Shown in pieces: positions 47,663-56,539 of a stretch of DNA of 64,000 bases. Positions within the stretch are counted from its first letter, which is position 1; each line of letters starts with the position of its first letter. Position numbers and translations under genes: made by a program. Below the pieces are notes generated by a model that did not search any database, was not told the origin of the DNA, and saw only the letters and a program-made list of their open reading frames with translations. Location of the stretch: assembly GCF_056712565.1 (NCBI RefSeq), contig NZ_CM160072.1; one strand, 5' to 3'.

Positions 47663-48007
47663 TTACACGCCCAGTTCTTTACGCTTATCTGCGATCTTCT
47701 CGCGTAGCGTTTCGGCTTTGGCGTTATGGTGTGGCTTCTCGTTAAAGAGCAATTCGTACTCTTCACGGAGCTTATCCAGTTCACCATCATCTGACACATC
47801 GTTGATGATTTTGGTGCTGGTTGCTGCCATTGACACCTTTCCTGCAACTTTTGCTTTTGCCTGTCTGGCTGCATCGTTAACAGGTTCCAGTGCGCTACCA
47901 GGCTCACCTTCGTATTCGATTTCTGCCCCCTCTGGCCACAGAGTGTTATGGATATGAGAGAGGCGCAGAACGCGGTATCTTGGTTTCTCACCTGACATCG
48001 ATATCAC
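47663..48007 (-). CDS. Hypothetical head protein (114 aa)
   Basis: ORF with RBS downstream of decoration-like gene. Confidence 0.45.
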   Translation of the reverse strand: MISMSGEKPRYRVLRLSHIHNTLWPEGAEIEYEGEPGSALEPVNDAARQAKAKVAGKVSMAATSTKIINDVSDDGELDKLREEYELLFNEKPHHNAKAETLREKIADKRKELGV

Positions 48008-48008
48008 C

Positions 48009-48446
48009 TTAACCAGTTACTTTTGAGCGGATCGGGTACGGCGTATTGGCATCAACATCCAGACTGATACCCGCAGTGAATTTGCCAGCCGTTAGTGGGC
48101 CAGTTGCGACGGAGTAGTTAACACGCAGATATCGCTGAACACCGGCTGGCACCTTTGCAGAAACAACTCGCTTACCTGCTGTCAGGGTGGCCTTTGCCAG
48201 TGCGCCACTATCATAAATAGTGGACCATGAGCTGTTATTCTCACTCGTCTGCAACTGGATGTTTACAGTTGCCTCACCACTTGCCGTGGCGGCTTCGTTA
48301 ATCAGCACCCAAAACTCAAGCGGATAACCCACGCCGATATCGCGACGGTTTCCATCAATTGGACCGAGATCGATTACGTCAGTAGAAGCCGCGGTATTCG
48401 TAACCGCCTGAGCTTCGGAGAACATCAACAGTTTGTCGGTGATCAT
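48009..48446 (-). CDS. Capsid decoration-like protein (145 aa)
   Basis: Small beta-rich protein directly after major capsid gene. Confidence 0.45.
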   Translation of the reverse strand: MITDKLLMFSEAQAVTNTAASTDVIDLGPIDGNRRDIGVGYPLEFWVLINEAATASGEATVNIQLQTSENNSSWSTIYDSGALAKATLTAGKRVVSAKVPAGVQRYLRVNYSVATGPLTAGKFTAGISLDVDANTPYPIRSKVTG

Positions 48447-48497
48447 CTTCTTTCTCCATTAGTGGGCCTGTTGCGGCCCACAGGTTAATAACAGGCG

Positions 48498-49490
48498 TTA
48501 CACCACGCGGGCTTCTGTTTCCAGAAGCGCATCAGTTTCACGGATTGGTACACCACGGAATGAAGTCCACCACTCGCCTTCAGTCTCTTTTACGCTGATA
48601 GCCAGAGATGTTTTCTCCAGAGATTGCAGATCAAGAGCCTGGCCTACAGTGCGGTTCATGTAGAACACCGGGCGGCCCATGCCACGGTTTGGAATGCGAT
48701 GCAGTGCCTTAACCATCAACTTGGCAATATTTGCGGCAGAGGATGGTTCTGAAAGATTGCTGACATCGATGTTTGCAATGCGAACAACATAACGCCAGTC
48801 ACGCAGAGCAAGTCCGTTGTCCCATTTGTAATGGGTGCGATAACCTTCGTACTTGCCGCCATTAGCATCTTCCAGTGTCACCTGGCCTTTATCTTCCATC
48901 TGGATGCCAGCCTTCTTCCCTTTCGGGAAGATGCCATGCACGGTGTTTTCGCCCCACACCACTAACCAGATTGAGGTGTTATCTGTACCCGTGCCACCAG
49001 CATCAATGATGTTCTGAGCATTACCCGCAGACAGGCTGGAATAGCGGGAGGACAGTCCCATAAACTGCTGAGGGTTAACGCTGGAATCACCATAAAACAG
49101 CGTCTGCGCCATCTGCTGATTCATCGCTTCAATAAATGCGCGGTCTTCAGACAGGCGGAATTCAGCGGTATTGCCGTTCAGATCAGCCAGTGACTTATCG
49201 ACTTCAGCATAGGTTTCCAGCATGCCAACGGAATCGGTTACCTGCACTGTGGTTGATTTGCTTGGCTGTACGCCATAGTTCAGCAAACGCCAGGTAGCTG
49301 AAGGTAAACCAGAACGAATGGTGGTTCGGTGTCCGGTAGGAAGGTTCCCTTCGACAAAGGGCATATCCTGAAGGATCGGGTTAGTTTGACCGAGAAGCTC
49401 GATAATCTTATCGACTTTCCCGTTTGGATCGACGCGCTTACCCCAGTCAGCCAGCGTTAGCGCAGTTAAGCCTTTAACAGCCATTGTCAT
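48498..49490 (-). CDS. Major capsid protein
   Basis: 330 aa, follows scaffold-like gene; typical size and position. Confidence 0.65.
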   Translation of the reverse strand: MTMAVKGLTALTLADWGKRVDPNGKVDKIIELLGQTNPILQDMPFVEGNLPTGHRTTIRSGLPSATWRLLNYGVQPSKSTTVQVTDSVGMLETYAEVDKSLADLNGNTAEFRLSEDRAFIEAMNQQMAQTLFYGDSSVNPQQFMGLSSRYSSLSAGNAQNIIDAGGTGTDNTSIWLVVWGENTVHGIFPKGKKAGIQMEDKGQVTLEDANGGKYEGYRTHYKWDNGLALRDWRYVVRIANIDVSNLSEPSSAANIAKLMVKALHRIPNRGMGRPVFYMNRTVGQALDLQSLEKTSLAISVKETEGEWWTSFRGVPIRETDALLETEARVV

Positions 49491-49498
49491 TTCCTCTC

Positions 49499-50200
49499 TT
49501 ATTTGCCATAGAGCACTTCGGCCGCACTACGCTGGCCTTCATTACCACCGGTGACCATGCCATCTTCAGACATCGCCTTTCCGATTTTCACGAACGTTTT
49601 GACCAGATCAGGGTGATTACCCAGCCCGGTGGTGTTCAGATATTCTTTGAGTTCAGGTGTCCCGAACTGGTCAAGCGCACGCTGTGCGGCGCTAAGGTTA
49701 GAAATCAACTTGTCGCCACCGATTTCTTTGTCAGCTTTTACATCCGCAGCCCACTGCTCGGTTGTTTTCTGCCAGGCTTCTGCCTGGCGCTGCTGAACAC
49801 CTGCCAGAATCTTCGGATAAGCATCAACCAGCTTTTGCGCTTGCTCGTTGGTCAGGTTAAGTTCTCGCGCCACCGGCTCGAATTCCTTCAACGCTTCTGT
49901 ATCCAGCTCTACGCCTTCGGCAGCCTGAAATTCGTACTTCTCCGGCGCACCCTCTGGTTTATCGCCGTCTTTTTTTTCACCCTGCTTATCGTTTTCAGAT
50001 TTTTTTTCATCATCAGGTTTATCGACATCAGCAACAGGTTGTGGCTTATCACCTTCCTGTTGTGATGGATCACCAACTGGAGCAGGGTTATCACCTGTAG
50101 GCGCTGACGGTTCTGACGCAGCCGGAGCTGCTCCACCATCGACTGGTTGCTCATTGCAAAGACGGCGATACAGCAAACGCTCAAATAAATTCATGATCAC
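49499..50200 (-). CDS. Scaffolding-like protein
   Basis: 233 aa, acidic/Pro-rich N-terminus, helical C-terminus, between portal and capsid. Confidence 0.5.
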   Translation of the reverse strand: MIMNLFERLLYRRLCNEQPVDGGAAPAASEPSAPTGDNPAPVGDPSQQEGDKPQPVADVDKPDDEKKSENDKQGEKKDGDKPEGAPEKYEFQAAEGVELDTEALKEFEPVARELNLTNEQAQKLVDAYPKILAGVQQRQAEAWQKTTEQWAADVKADKEIGGDKLISNLSAAQRALDQFGTPELKEYLNTTGLGNHPDLVKTFVKIGKAMSEDGMVTGGNEGQRSAAEVLYGK

Positions 50201-50493
50201 TCCTGTTCACTGGCCTCTTTGGCCATCTTCAAATACTGTTCAGGGCAATGCGCCATAACGCGCTGAAACAGTTCCAGCGCCAGATTGCGTTGCCCCTCAT
50301 TAAATGCCATTGCCATAGCGTCCATCGGTGAGATAGCGGAAAACACACGGCCTTTCTCCAGCACCGACCAGACAACGCGACGCCCCTGTTCACTGCTCAT
50401 GACAAAGCGAATGTCATCAATTTCACGCTGCGCCATGTCACGTTGCTTACGGGCGTTTTCTTCTTTCAGTTGATCGTCTTCGTAATCTGTCAT
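50197..50493 (-). CDS. Hypothetical head-assembly protein (98 aa)
   Basis: Coupled ORF between portal and scaffold. Confidence 0.45.
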   Translation of the reverse strand: MTDYEDDQLKEENARKQRDMAQREIDDIRFVMSSEQGRRVVWSVLEKGRVFSAISPMDAMAMAFNEGQRNLALELFQRVMAHCPEQYLKMAKEASEQE

Positions 50494-52169
50494 TGTGATT
50501 GCCCACCCTGACCACTAACTGCATTCGCCATAGCTGACAAAACACTCGGATCCGAAGTTTTAGCTTCACTTAGCGTCTTGGCACCCTGTGCCGCCGCCAT
50601 CCCCATCGCCATCATTTGTTGCTGCTGTTGTTGCTGTGCCCGTTGCTGGCGAGCCTGCTCAACCTGTTCCTGCGGAACAATGACGGTTGGAGACACTCCG
50701 GACATATCAGCGAATGCATCGATCGCCTGATCAACGTTGAGTTTGTCGAGAGCTTCTGGTTTCGCTTGCGCAAGTTGACCAATGAAGTTAACCGTGGACG
50801 CCAGACTGGACAGGCCGATAGACTTCTGCGCCTGAGCCATGACGGAAATGTATTCGACCTTCAGGGGCATGCCTTCCATCGCGTCAGGCGGTGGCGGCAG
50901 CATGTTTTTACGCACCATCATCGAGAAAGAGCGATCAATGAGAGGATTAAGACATTCGTCGTTCAGGCGCTCCAGAACCGGCCCCAACATCAGAAGTTTT
51001 TCTTCTTTCATTTCGATCACCGCTTCCACAGGCATCGAGCGGGTATTGATGTTCTGCAACATCATGAACAGATCGACAAAGTAGGCGCTGTTAATGATTT
51101 GACGAGTGTCCTGAATGTCTGCCACCAAATCTGCTGTACTGGGGTTAACCAGATAAGCAGGCCTGAAACCATCCTGACCAGTAATCTGATCGATATACGT
51201 GATGTCGCCAGGAAGAAGGGAGGCACGCTGATTCTTGAGGGAAGTCGGAGCAACCATCGGCGGATTGGTGGCTTTATCAATCAACTGCGACTTGCGCTTC
51301 TGGAGAAGCTGCAATGCCTTAACAGGTCCAAGCGCCAGCATACCCGGGCATGATGATCCATAAACATCTTCGCCGTTAACTTCCCAGCGCGGAGCCATAA
51401 TTGGAAACTCATCGAATCCGGACTCACGCAACAACTTGTCGTTATCGCCACCAACCTCGTAATAAACCGATTTGAATGGCTTGTTCTTGCTATCCAGCTT
51501 CGATGTATCGCGGTCAATGTTCGGGTAAACCGAATGCATCACTTCAATCCACTTCTCGTAGGTGCCGCTTTCCCACATGCTTTTTACGGATTCGCTGACG
51601 TTATTTAGCCCGAACTCCTGAACAAGCTGACGAACAGTCATAGAGAACTTGCGAAAACAGGTGTCCACACTGCCACGAGGTGAGTTAGCCAGGTAGTAAC
51701 TGCCTATCGGGAATGGCATTGTGCGAATGATGTCCTCGTCATCCTCCAGCACTGCCATTGCACCAGTGCTGTATGTGCCGAGGCTTCCGTATAACTGCGG
51801 CAGCGACTGATAGAGATTCGACTTATTGAACATATCGTTCATGCGGTTCTGCACCGCCTCAAGCCACAACTTAACAGGGCCATAATCCATCATTTCAGGA
51901 TCTGGCGTAGCCAGGCGAAACCACGGACGCGCGGGGCTTGTGATGCCTGACATCATGCCGCTGGCGAGAGTGCGCGCCGCCATAGTCCCGGTCGAATCAA
52001 TAATGCGTGTATTGCGTCGATCGTTACGGTTGACCTCAGAAGTCAGAAAGCGGGAACCACGCGGGTTGATGTAATCACTCAACTCGCGCCAGTGCGGCTC
52101 GAACGACTGACGCTCGCTTTCAAGTTGTGCGAACTGTTTGTTCAATCGCTCTTTAGTTGTTTCCGCCAT
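50490..52169 (-). CDS. Portal protein
   Basis: 559 aa, downstream of terminase with moron between; Gln/Ala-rich C-terminus. Confidence 0.7.
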   Translation of the reverse strand: MAETTKERLNKQFAQLESERQSFEPHWRELSDYINPRGSRFLTSEVNRNDRRNTRIIDSTGTMAARTLASGMMSGITSPARPWFRLATPDPEMMDYGPVKLWLEAVQNRMNDMFNKSNLYQSLPQLYGSLGTYSTGAMAVLEDDEDIIRTMPFPIGSYYLANSPRGSVDTCFRKFSMTVRQLVQEFGLNNVSESVKSMWESGTYEKWIEVMHSVYPNIDRDTSKLDSKNKPFKSVYYEVGGDNDKLLRESGFDEFPIMAPRWEVNGEDVYGSSCPGMLALGPVKALQLLQKRKSQLIDKATNPPMVAPTSLKNQRASLLPGDITYIDQITGQDGFRPAYLVNPSTADLVADIQDTRQIINSAYFVDLFMMLQNINTRSMPVEAVIEMKEEKLLMLGPVLERLNDECLNPLIDRSFSMMVRKNMLPPPPDAMEGMPLKVEYISVMAQAQKSIGLSSLASTVNFIGQLAQAKPEALDKLNVDQAIDAFADMSGVSPTVIVPQEQVEQARQQRAQQQQQQQMMAMGMAAAQGAKTLSEAKTSDPSVLSAMANAVSGQGGQSQ

Positions 52170-52183
52170 TTCAATGACTCCGG

Positions 52184-52390
52184 TTACTGACCAAGCAGCG
52201 TTTTACCGCTGGTATTAGCGGTTGATGTGTCGCCCTGAGAACCGGTAAGCAGCGTAGAACTACGACCAGCAGCAGCGCGACGGCGACGTGTTTCTTCGTC
52301 GCGGGCATCAACAACGGCGGCATCCTGCTCCTGTGGTGCTGCCTGAACTTCTGGTGTTGCAGGCACTGATGGTGAGCTACCCATGCACAT
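52184..52390 (-). CDS. Small hypothetical protein (68 aa) upstream of portal
   Basis: ATG 52390 with RBS GGAG; overlapping alternative frame 52171..52410 judged less likely. Confidence 0.3.
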   Translation of the reverse strand: MCMGSSPSVPATPEVQAAPQEQDAAVVDARDEETRRRRAAAGRSSTLLTGSQGDTSTANTSGKTLLGQ

Positions 52391-52458
52391 ATCAATGACT
52401 CCGTACGCAATTAAATTATTACCAATTTAACCACATATGATTTATTTATCGTAGAAGG

Positions 52459-52495
52459 TTGACATTTAACGCGTTAATTATTACCTTTCAGGTAA
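52459..52495. promoter_or_regulatory. TTGACA -35-like hexamer plus operator-like palindrome (52481-52495)
   Basis: TTGACA at 52459-52464; TTACCTTTCAGGTAA at 52481-52495. Confidence 0.4.
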
Positions 52496-52816
52496 CCAAG
52501 AGCTCATTCTGGTTACTAACCTGACTGGCTTGTCGTTAAATTAAACAGGTGGAGTGAGCTTTTATTTTGAGCAGTACGGCGTATGGCACATGCGCCGATA
52601 GCGGTCTGGATACGTTTAAGGGGCACCCTCCCTTGCTCGGGCAAACGAACCAGGTAGCCGGAATGTGCAAGTCGAGCGGTTTTATTCCGCGCACGGGGAT
52701 TCACCATCCCGGCGATTCGGTGTGACGCCTCGGAAGAGACGAGGGTACAACGATGAGAGCATTTATGGAGCCGCGACAAAGTGTGGCGCCTTAACAGGCT
52801 AAGTGCTCTCAGCGTT

Positions 52817-52893
52817 GTGGCATTAGCTCAGTTGGACAGAGCAACCGCCTTCTAAGCGGTTGGTCGCAGGTTCGAATCCTGCATGCCACGCCA
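52817..52893 (+). tRNA. Phage-encoded tRNA-Arg, anticodon UCU
   Basis: Cloverleaf by hand: acceptor GTGGCAT/ATGCCAC, D-arm GCTC/GAGC, anticodon stem ACCGC/GCGGT, loop CTTCTAA, T-arm GCAGG-TTCGAAT-CCTGC, CCA end. Confidence 0.85.
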
Positions 52894-53091
52894 GAATCAC
52901 GCCTAAGGACCGTGATGCCAGAAGTTCCAGGTGCTTGGCGGTGATGGTTTCCCTTGAAGGACTATCACCGCCCTTTTTACAGCAGGACGCCATTGCGATG
53001 ACTTCATGCTGTAAACCAGTACAGCCACGGAAGGCATAACTCATTGCTTCCAGTTCGCCCGGTTCGCCGGGCATTTTTTAAAGGTGAGATT

Positions 53092-53463
53092 ATGAACGAC
53101 CAGCAAATCGAAAAAGAAATCGTTGAGAAAGGCAAAACGGCACCGCGCGTTACGCCAGACCATATCGAAGGCATTATTGCTCAGGAGGCATATTTCACAG
53201 CAGAAGATGGTGCCTTTGGCAAAGCCATAAAAGCGAAACATACTGGCGGAGAGGTAAACTACCAGCCGCACGAATCACTTTCTCTGCTGACGTTCTGCGT
53301 CCTGGTGCTGCGCAACGGCTTCACCGTCACCGGAGAGAGCGCCTGTGCAAGCCCGGAAAACTTTGATGCGGAAATTGGTCGGGAGATTGCCCGGCAGAAT
53401 GCTGTAAACAAAATCTGGATGCTCGAAGGTTACTTGCTGAAGCAGAAGTTAAGCGAGCAATAA
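53092..53463 (+). CDS. Hypothetical protein (123 aa) co-oriented with tRNA; moron
   Basis: ATG 53092 with RBS AAAGGTGAG; plus-strand island in minus-strand operon; family not confidently recognised. Confidence 0.55.
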   Translation: MNDQQIEKEIVEKGKTAPRVTPDHIEGIIAQEAYFTAEDGAFGKAIKAKHTGGEVNYQPHESLSLLTFCVLVLRNGFTVTGESACASPENFDAEIGREIARQNAVNKIWMLEGYLLKQKLSEQ

Positions 53464-53467
53464 CACC

Positions 53468-53479
53468 GTGACATGTCAC
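53468..53479. repeat. Perfect 12-bp palindrome GTGACATGTCAC (copy 2 of 3)
   Basis: Immediately before the bidirectional terminator. Confidence 0.5.
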
Positions 53480-53483
53480 AAAC

Positions 53484-53510
53484 AGCCAGCCGATGAGCTG
53501 GCTTTGTTTT
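53484..53510. terminator. Rho-independent (probably bidirectional) terminator
   Basis: AGCCAGC-cgatga-GCTGGCT then TTGTTTT. Confidence 0.6.
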
Positions 53511-53553
53511 ATCCTCACCAGAGGATATCAGCAGTATTATCCCCACCAGCGGA

Positions 53554-55029
53554 TTAAGCATAAGGGTCATAATCCGTTATGGCCCTTCCCTGCTGGCTTT
53601 GCTGTCCAGGTATATTTATGCGTTTCGAGACCGGGAAAGCAAACGTCAGCAGTAGCGCATCGCCTTTACCCGGCGAACGCCCAAGCCGCTCCTTGATATC
53701 TTCCTTCGGTTCGATAACGATTTTACCGTCCACACGAACTTTGTACTCTGCCGCCGACAGGTCGTCTGCAGTTTCCTGGTCATCCAGCATGCCGCCGAGC
53801 CTCAGCCATGTCTTGCATGAGTTGAACATCTCCCCACGCTTGTTGAGCATCTGCGGGTCAGTAGACGCGCCACCGAACGGAACAAGTTGCCATGTACGTC
53901 CCCAGCCATCACCGATTGACTTCAAACCGGTTCCGTAACCGAAGTCGATGAACACCGCGTCAGCCTGATACTGGTCTTCAAAGTCAGCGATACGCTTCGC
54001 CATAATCAGATCGTCGGTAGTCTTGTTGCCAGTCCACAGCACCTTACTGTGTAGCCCCTGCCGCAGGTATATCACAGCGTCATCAACGCCGGAGTATGCC
54101 GGGTCAACGCCGATTATCACCGGAGCATGTGCAACCTGCGCAGCGGTTACCACCCGTTTCATTGCCTCGTCAGTAAGACCGGTAGGGATAAACTGCAATT
54201 CAGATGCATCAGGGAATATGCCACGCACACGGATTTTAACGAAGTCGCTGTCTTCCCCGTAGTCATCAACCCATTTCTGCAACTGCTGTTTGTTGGTACC
54301 TTCCACCGTCCGACTGTCAATCTGCGCAGTTTTCCAGCGGTGTTTATACTTGCGGAAACATTCACGGAAACGTCCGGTATTACGTGTAGGGTTTCCGAAC
54401 GCCACCCAAATAATCTCAGTGTCTTCGTCCGTAAGCGCACCCTCGGCAACTTCCCACACCAGATCCGCAATGTTCGACGCTTCATCAAACACCACGATGA
54501 TGCGTTTGCGCTCGTTGTGTAGTCCGGCGAATGCCTCGGTGTTGTGCTCAGACCAGGGTATTGCGTCAGCCCGCCACCGCTTGTCGTGCCCTAGGTCATT
54601 GCTGTACATCGCGGTAGCGGTACAGGTAAACCAGTCTTTCGTGATAGCAAGGTTCGACCACTTGATAATTTCCGGCCAGGTCTTCGTTCGTAGCTGGTTG
54701 TCGGTGTTGGCGGTCACCACGACCTTACAATCCTCGCAAGTGGACATGCCCCAGTTGATCAGCATTGAGATGAATGCGGATTTACCAATACCGTGACCAG
54801 AAGCGCGTGCCAGCATAAGCGGCTGATAGCGCGTCTCTGGATTCTGCAGGTGATCACGTATCTCTCGGAACGCATCAGCCTGCCACTGACGTGGGCCGGT
54901 GGCATGTGCCAGTTCAGTCCCCTCTTCCCCCCATGGGAACGCATAGAGGGCATAGCCAAGCGGATCGTGAGTGAACCCTGCAATATCCTCGATTAACTGC
55001 TCTTCAGGAGATAACGCTGTATCTGTCAC
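53554..55029 (-). CDS. Terminase large subunit
   Basis: 491 aa; Walker A-like ASGHGIGKS; C-terminal nuclease-like region; follows small subunit with overlap. Confidence 0.85.
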   Translation of the reverse strand: MTDTALSPEEQLIEDIAGFTHDPLGYALYAFPWGEEGTELAHATGPRQWQADAFREIRDHLQNPETRYQPLMLARASGHGIGKSAFISMLINWGMSTCEDCKVVVTANTDNQLRTKTWPEIIKWSNLAITKDWFTCTATAMYSNDLGHDKRWRADAIPWSEHNTEAFAGLHNERKRIIVVFDEASNIADLVWEVAEGALTDEDTEIIWVAFGNPTRNTGRFRECFRKYKHRWKTAQIDSRTVEGTNKQQLQKWVDDYGEDSDFVKIRVRGIFPDASELQFIPTGLTDEAMKRVVTAAQVAHAPVIIGVDPAYSGVDDAVIYLRQGLHSKVLWTGNKTTDDLIMAKRIADFEDQYQADAVFIDFGYGTGLKSIGDGWGRTWQLVPFGGASTDPQMLNKRGEMFNSCKTWLRLGGMLDDQETADDLSAAEYKVRVDGKIVIEPKEDIKERLGRSPGKGDALLLTFAFPVSKRINIPGQQSQQGRAITDYDPYA

Positions 55030-55622
55030 TGATTGCCATCCTGACGTTCTTTCAGTCTCTTCCTGGCTGCCGCTATGCGATCAGCAATTGTCACATTCAC
55101 ATTAACATCCAGGCGTTCTTTGAATGCGTTGACGTCGACGTGCTTACCAATCAGTTCGAGGTTCTTCACCTTGTCAGGCCATTTAATTTTTTTGAGGATT
55201 GTCTCTATCGAATCCTCGTTCATGTTCATGATGGTCGATGACAGATCAAAGCCACTAAGCGTAGTGCGCCAGATTTTCGGCCACTCGCGGATTGGCTTAA
55301 GGCTCCCATCGTCGTTGAGGATGTCGATCACGTCCATCTGGTCGATCTCCACCAGGCGCATGAGAACGTAATCAGCACTGACGCGCATTCGTTTGTTGCG
55401 CTCCTCCATCAACTCGGCAATCCGTTTTTGAATGCGTTCATCGCGCATCATGACACTGGCTTTAACTGCCGCTGTATTTGGGGAGAATCCTGCGTTAATC
55501 GCTGCCTGAGTCTGGTTTTCAGGCGTTTTGATGTATGACTGGCAATAAGCCTCCTGCATTGCTGTTAGTGGCTTAAATTGCGTTGATTTGCGTTTATAGG
55601 TTTTAGGTTCAGCAGGCATCAT
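55026..55622 (-). CDS. Terminase small subunit
   Basis: ATG 55622/55619 preferred; track start 55700 is a TTG extension over a terminator and operator. Confidence 0.55.
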   Translation of the reverse strand: MMPAEPKTYKRKSTQFKPLTAMQEAYCQSYIKTPENQTQAAINAGFSPNTAAVKASVMMRDERIQKRIAELMEERNKRMRVSADYVLMRLVEIDQMDVIDILNDDGSLKPIREWPKIWRTTLSGFDLSSTIMNMNEDSIETILKKIKWPDKVKNLELIGKHVDVNAFKERLDVNVNVTIADRIAAARKRLKERQDGNQ

Positions 55623-55639
55623 AACCACCGTGGTAATAG

Positions 55640-55654
55640 TTACCGTTGTGGTAA
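55640..55654. promoter_or_regulatory. Operator-like palindrome TTACC-N5-GGTAA upstream of packaging operon
   Basis: TTACCGTTGTGGTAA, 18 bp upstream of small-terminase ATG. Confidence 0.45.
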
Positions 55655-55663
55655 TAGTACCAT

Positions 55664-55691
55664 GCAAAATAAAGCCGCCATAGTTGGCGGC
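55664..55691 (-). terminator. Terminator separating early/middle operon from packaging operon
   Basis: Minus strand GCCGCCA-acta-TGGCGGC then TTTATTTTG. Confidence 0.5.
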
Positions 55692-55696
55692 AGTAT

Positions 55697-55909
55697 TCAA
55701 AGTCCATCAAATTCATCGTAAAAACTCTCGTCAAGATACCCTTCCCATTTACCGCGAATGAAAATTACATCCTCGCCGCAAGGGTGCTGACTGTCGATAA
55801 CTATATCCCTCCTGGCGCAACCATACTTATGCATGAGAAATTTAACCTCTTTCGGAAAATTTGCTGAGTTATCTCTCATATCTTCAAGGTCGTAGCGTAT
55901 TTTTGGCAT
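55697..55909 (-). CDS. Hypothetical protein (70 aa)
   Basis: ATG 55909 with RBS AAGGTG; track start 55930 is a GTG inside the palindrome. Confidence 0.35.
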   Translation of the reverse strand: MPKIRYDLEDMRDNSANFPKEVKFLMHKYGCARRDIVIDSQHPCGEDVIFIRGKWEGYLDESFYDEFDGL

Positions 55910-55918
55910 AACACCTTC

Positions 55919-55930
55919 GTGACATGTCAC
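55919..55930. repeat. Perfect 12-bp palindrome GTGACATGTCAC (copy 3 of 3)
   Basis: Overlaps stop codon of gene 55927..56265. Confidence 0.5.
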
Positions 55931-56265
55931 ACTATTAATTTCGTTTCATGCCAGCCTTTGGTCACCCAGCATTGCGAGTCACCATTACACGGGCATGAAT
56001 TAACTGGAACTCTCTCGCCGCACTTACCGCAACGTTTTCTGCTGATCGATTTTATACGCCCGCGCACGCGTGCATCATCCTGGCGGATCAGTAACGCTAT
56101 ATACTCACCAAATTCGTAAGGCGCACGCCCGGGGCGACGCGTGGCACAGTTACGCTCCAGCATTTCAATTTCCTGAGCATCAAGCACAATCTCCAGTTTA
56201 CGCACACCAGATGCAGCTTGTCTGGCTCTCTGAGCGGCTTTGCGCTCTGCTGCTGATTTAGCCAT
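55927..56265 (-). CDS. Hypothetical basic protein with Cys cluster (112 aa)
   Basis: ATG 56265 with RBS AAGGTG; CGKCGERVPVNSCPC motif. Confidence 0.4.
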   Translation of the reverse strand: MAKSAAERKAAQRARQAASGVRKLEIVLDAQEIEMLERNCATRRPGRAPYEFGEYIALLIRQDDARVRGRIKSISRKRCGKCGERVPVNSCPCNGDSQCWVTKGWHETKLIV

Positions 56266-56539
56266 CAATATTCACCTTTATCGCGAACACCTTTACCGGT
56301 TTATCTCCGAAGTGCGGATGTGTGATTGTCTTGATTTCATACCCTTCATACGGGACGTCTATTCTGCGACTGGAATCGTCACGCTTCGGATATCCCTTTG
56401 TGATAATCAGGCGGTCATACTCGCGGAACATAATTCGCTTATTCCAGTAGTCATTACACAGGCGATACTCTTCCGTTTTCTCTCCGCGAATCATGGCATC
56501 GAAGTATTCACCTTTAACGGCAAGTTGCAGGTTAGCCAC
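56258..56539 (-). CDS. Hypothetical protein (93 aa)
   Basis: GTG start with strong RBS GGAGG. Confidence 0.45.
   Translation of the reverse strand: MANLQLAVKGEYFDAMIRGEKTEEYRLCNDYWNKRIMFREYDRLIITKGYPKRDDSSRRIDVPYEGYEIKTITHPHFGDKPVKVFAIKVNIDG

Noticed and set aside
52516-52779. 87-aa minus-strand ORF upstream of the phage tRNA
   Set aside because: No RBS, lies in the putative tRNA leader, antisense to the plus-strand unit; more likely non-coding.
53092-53463. Assigning the 123-aa moron to a named family such as DUF2829/Tad2 or HigB-like Gp49
   Set aside because: Expected motifs, as I recall them, are absent; left as unknown.
55623-55700. TTG-initiated N-terminal extension of small terminase (NTAANYGGFILHGTITTTVTITTV)
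   Set aside because: The extension is encoded by the terminator hairpin and operator palindrome; low-complexity Thr/Val translation; downstream ATG has an RBS.
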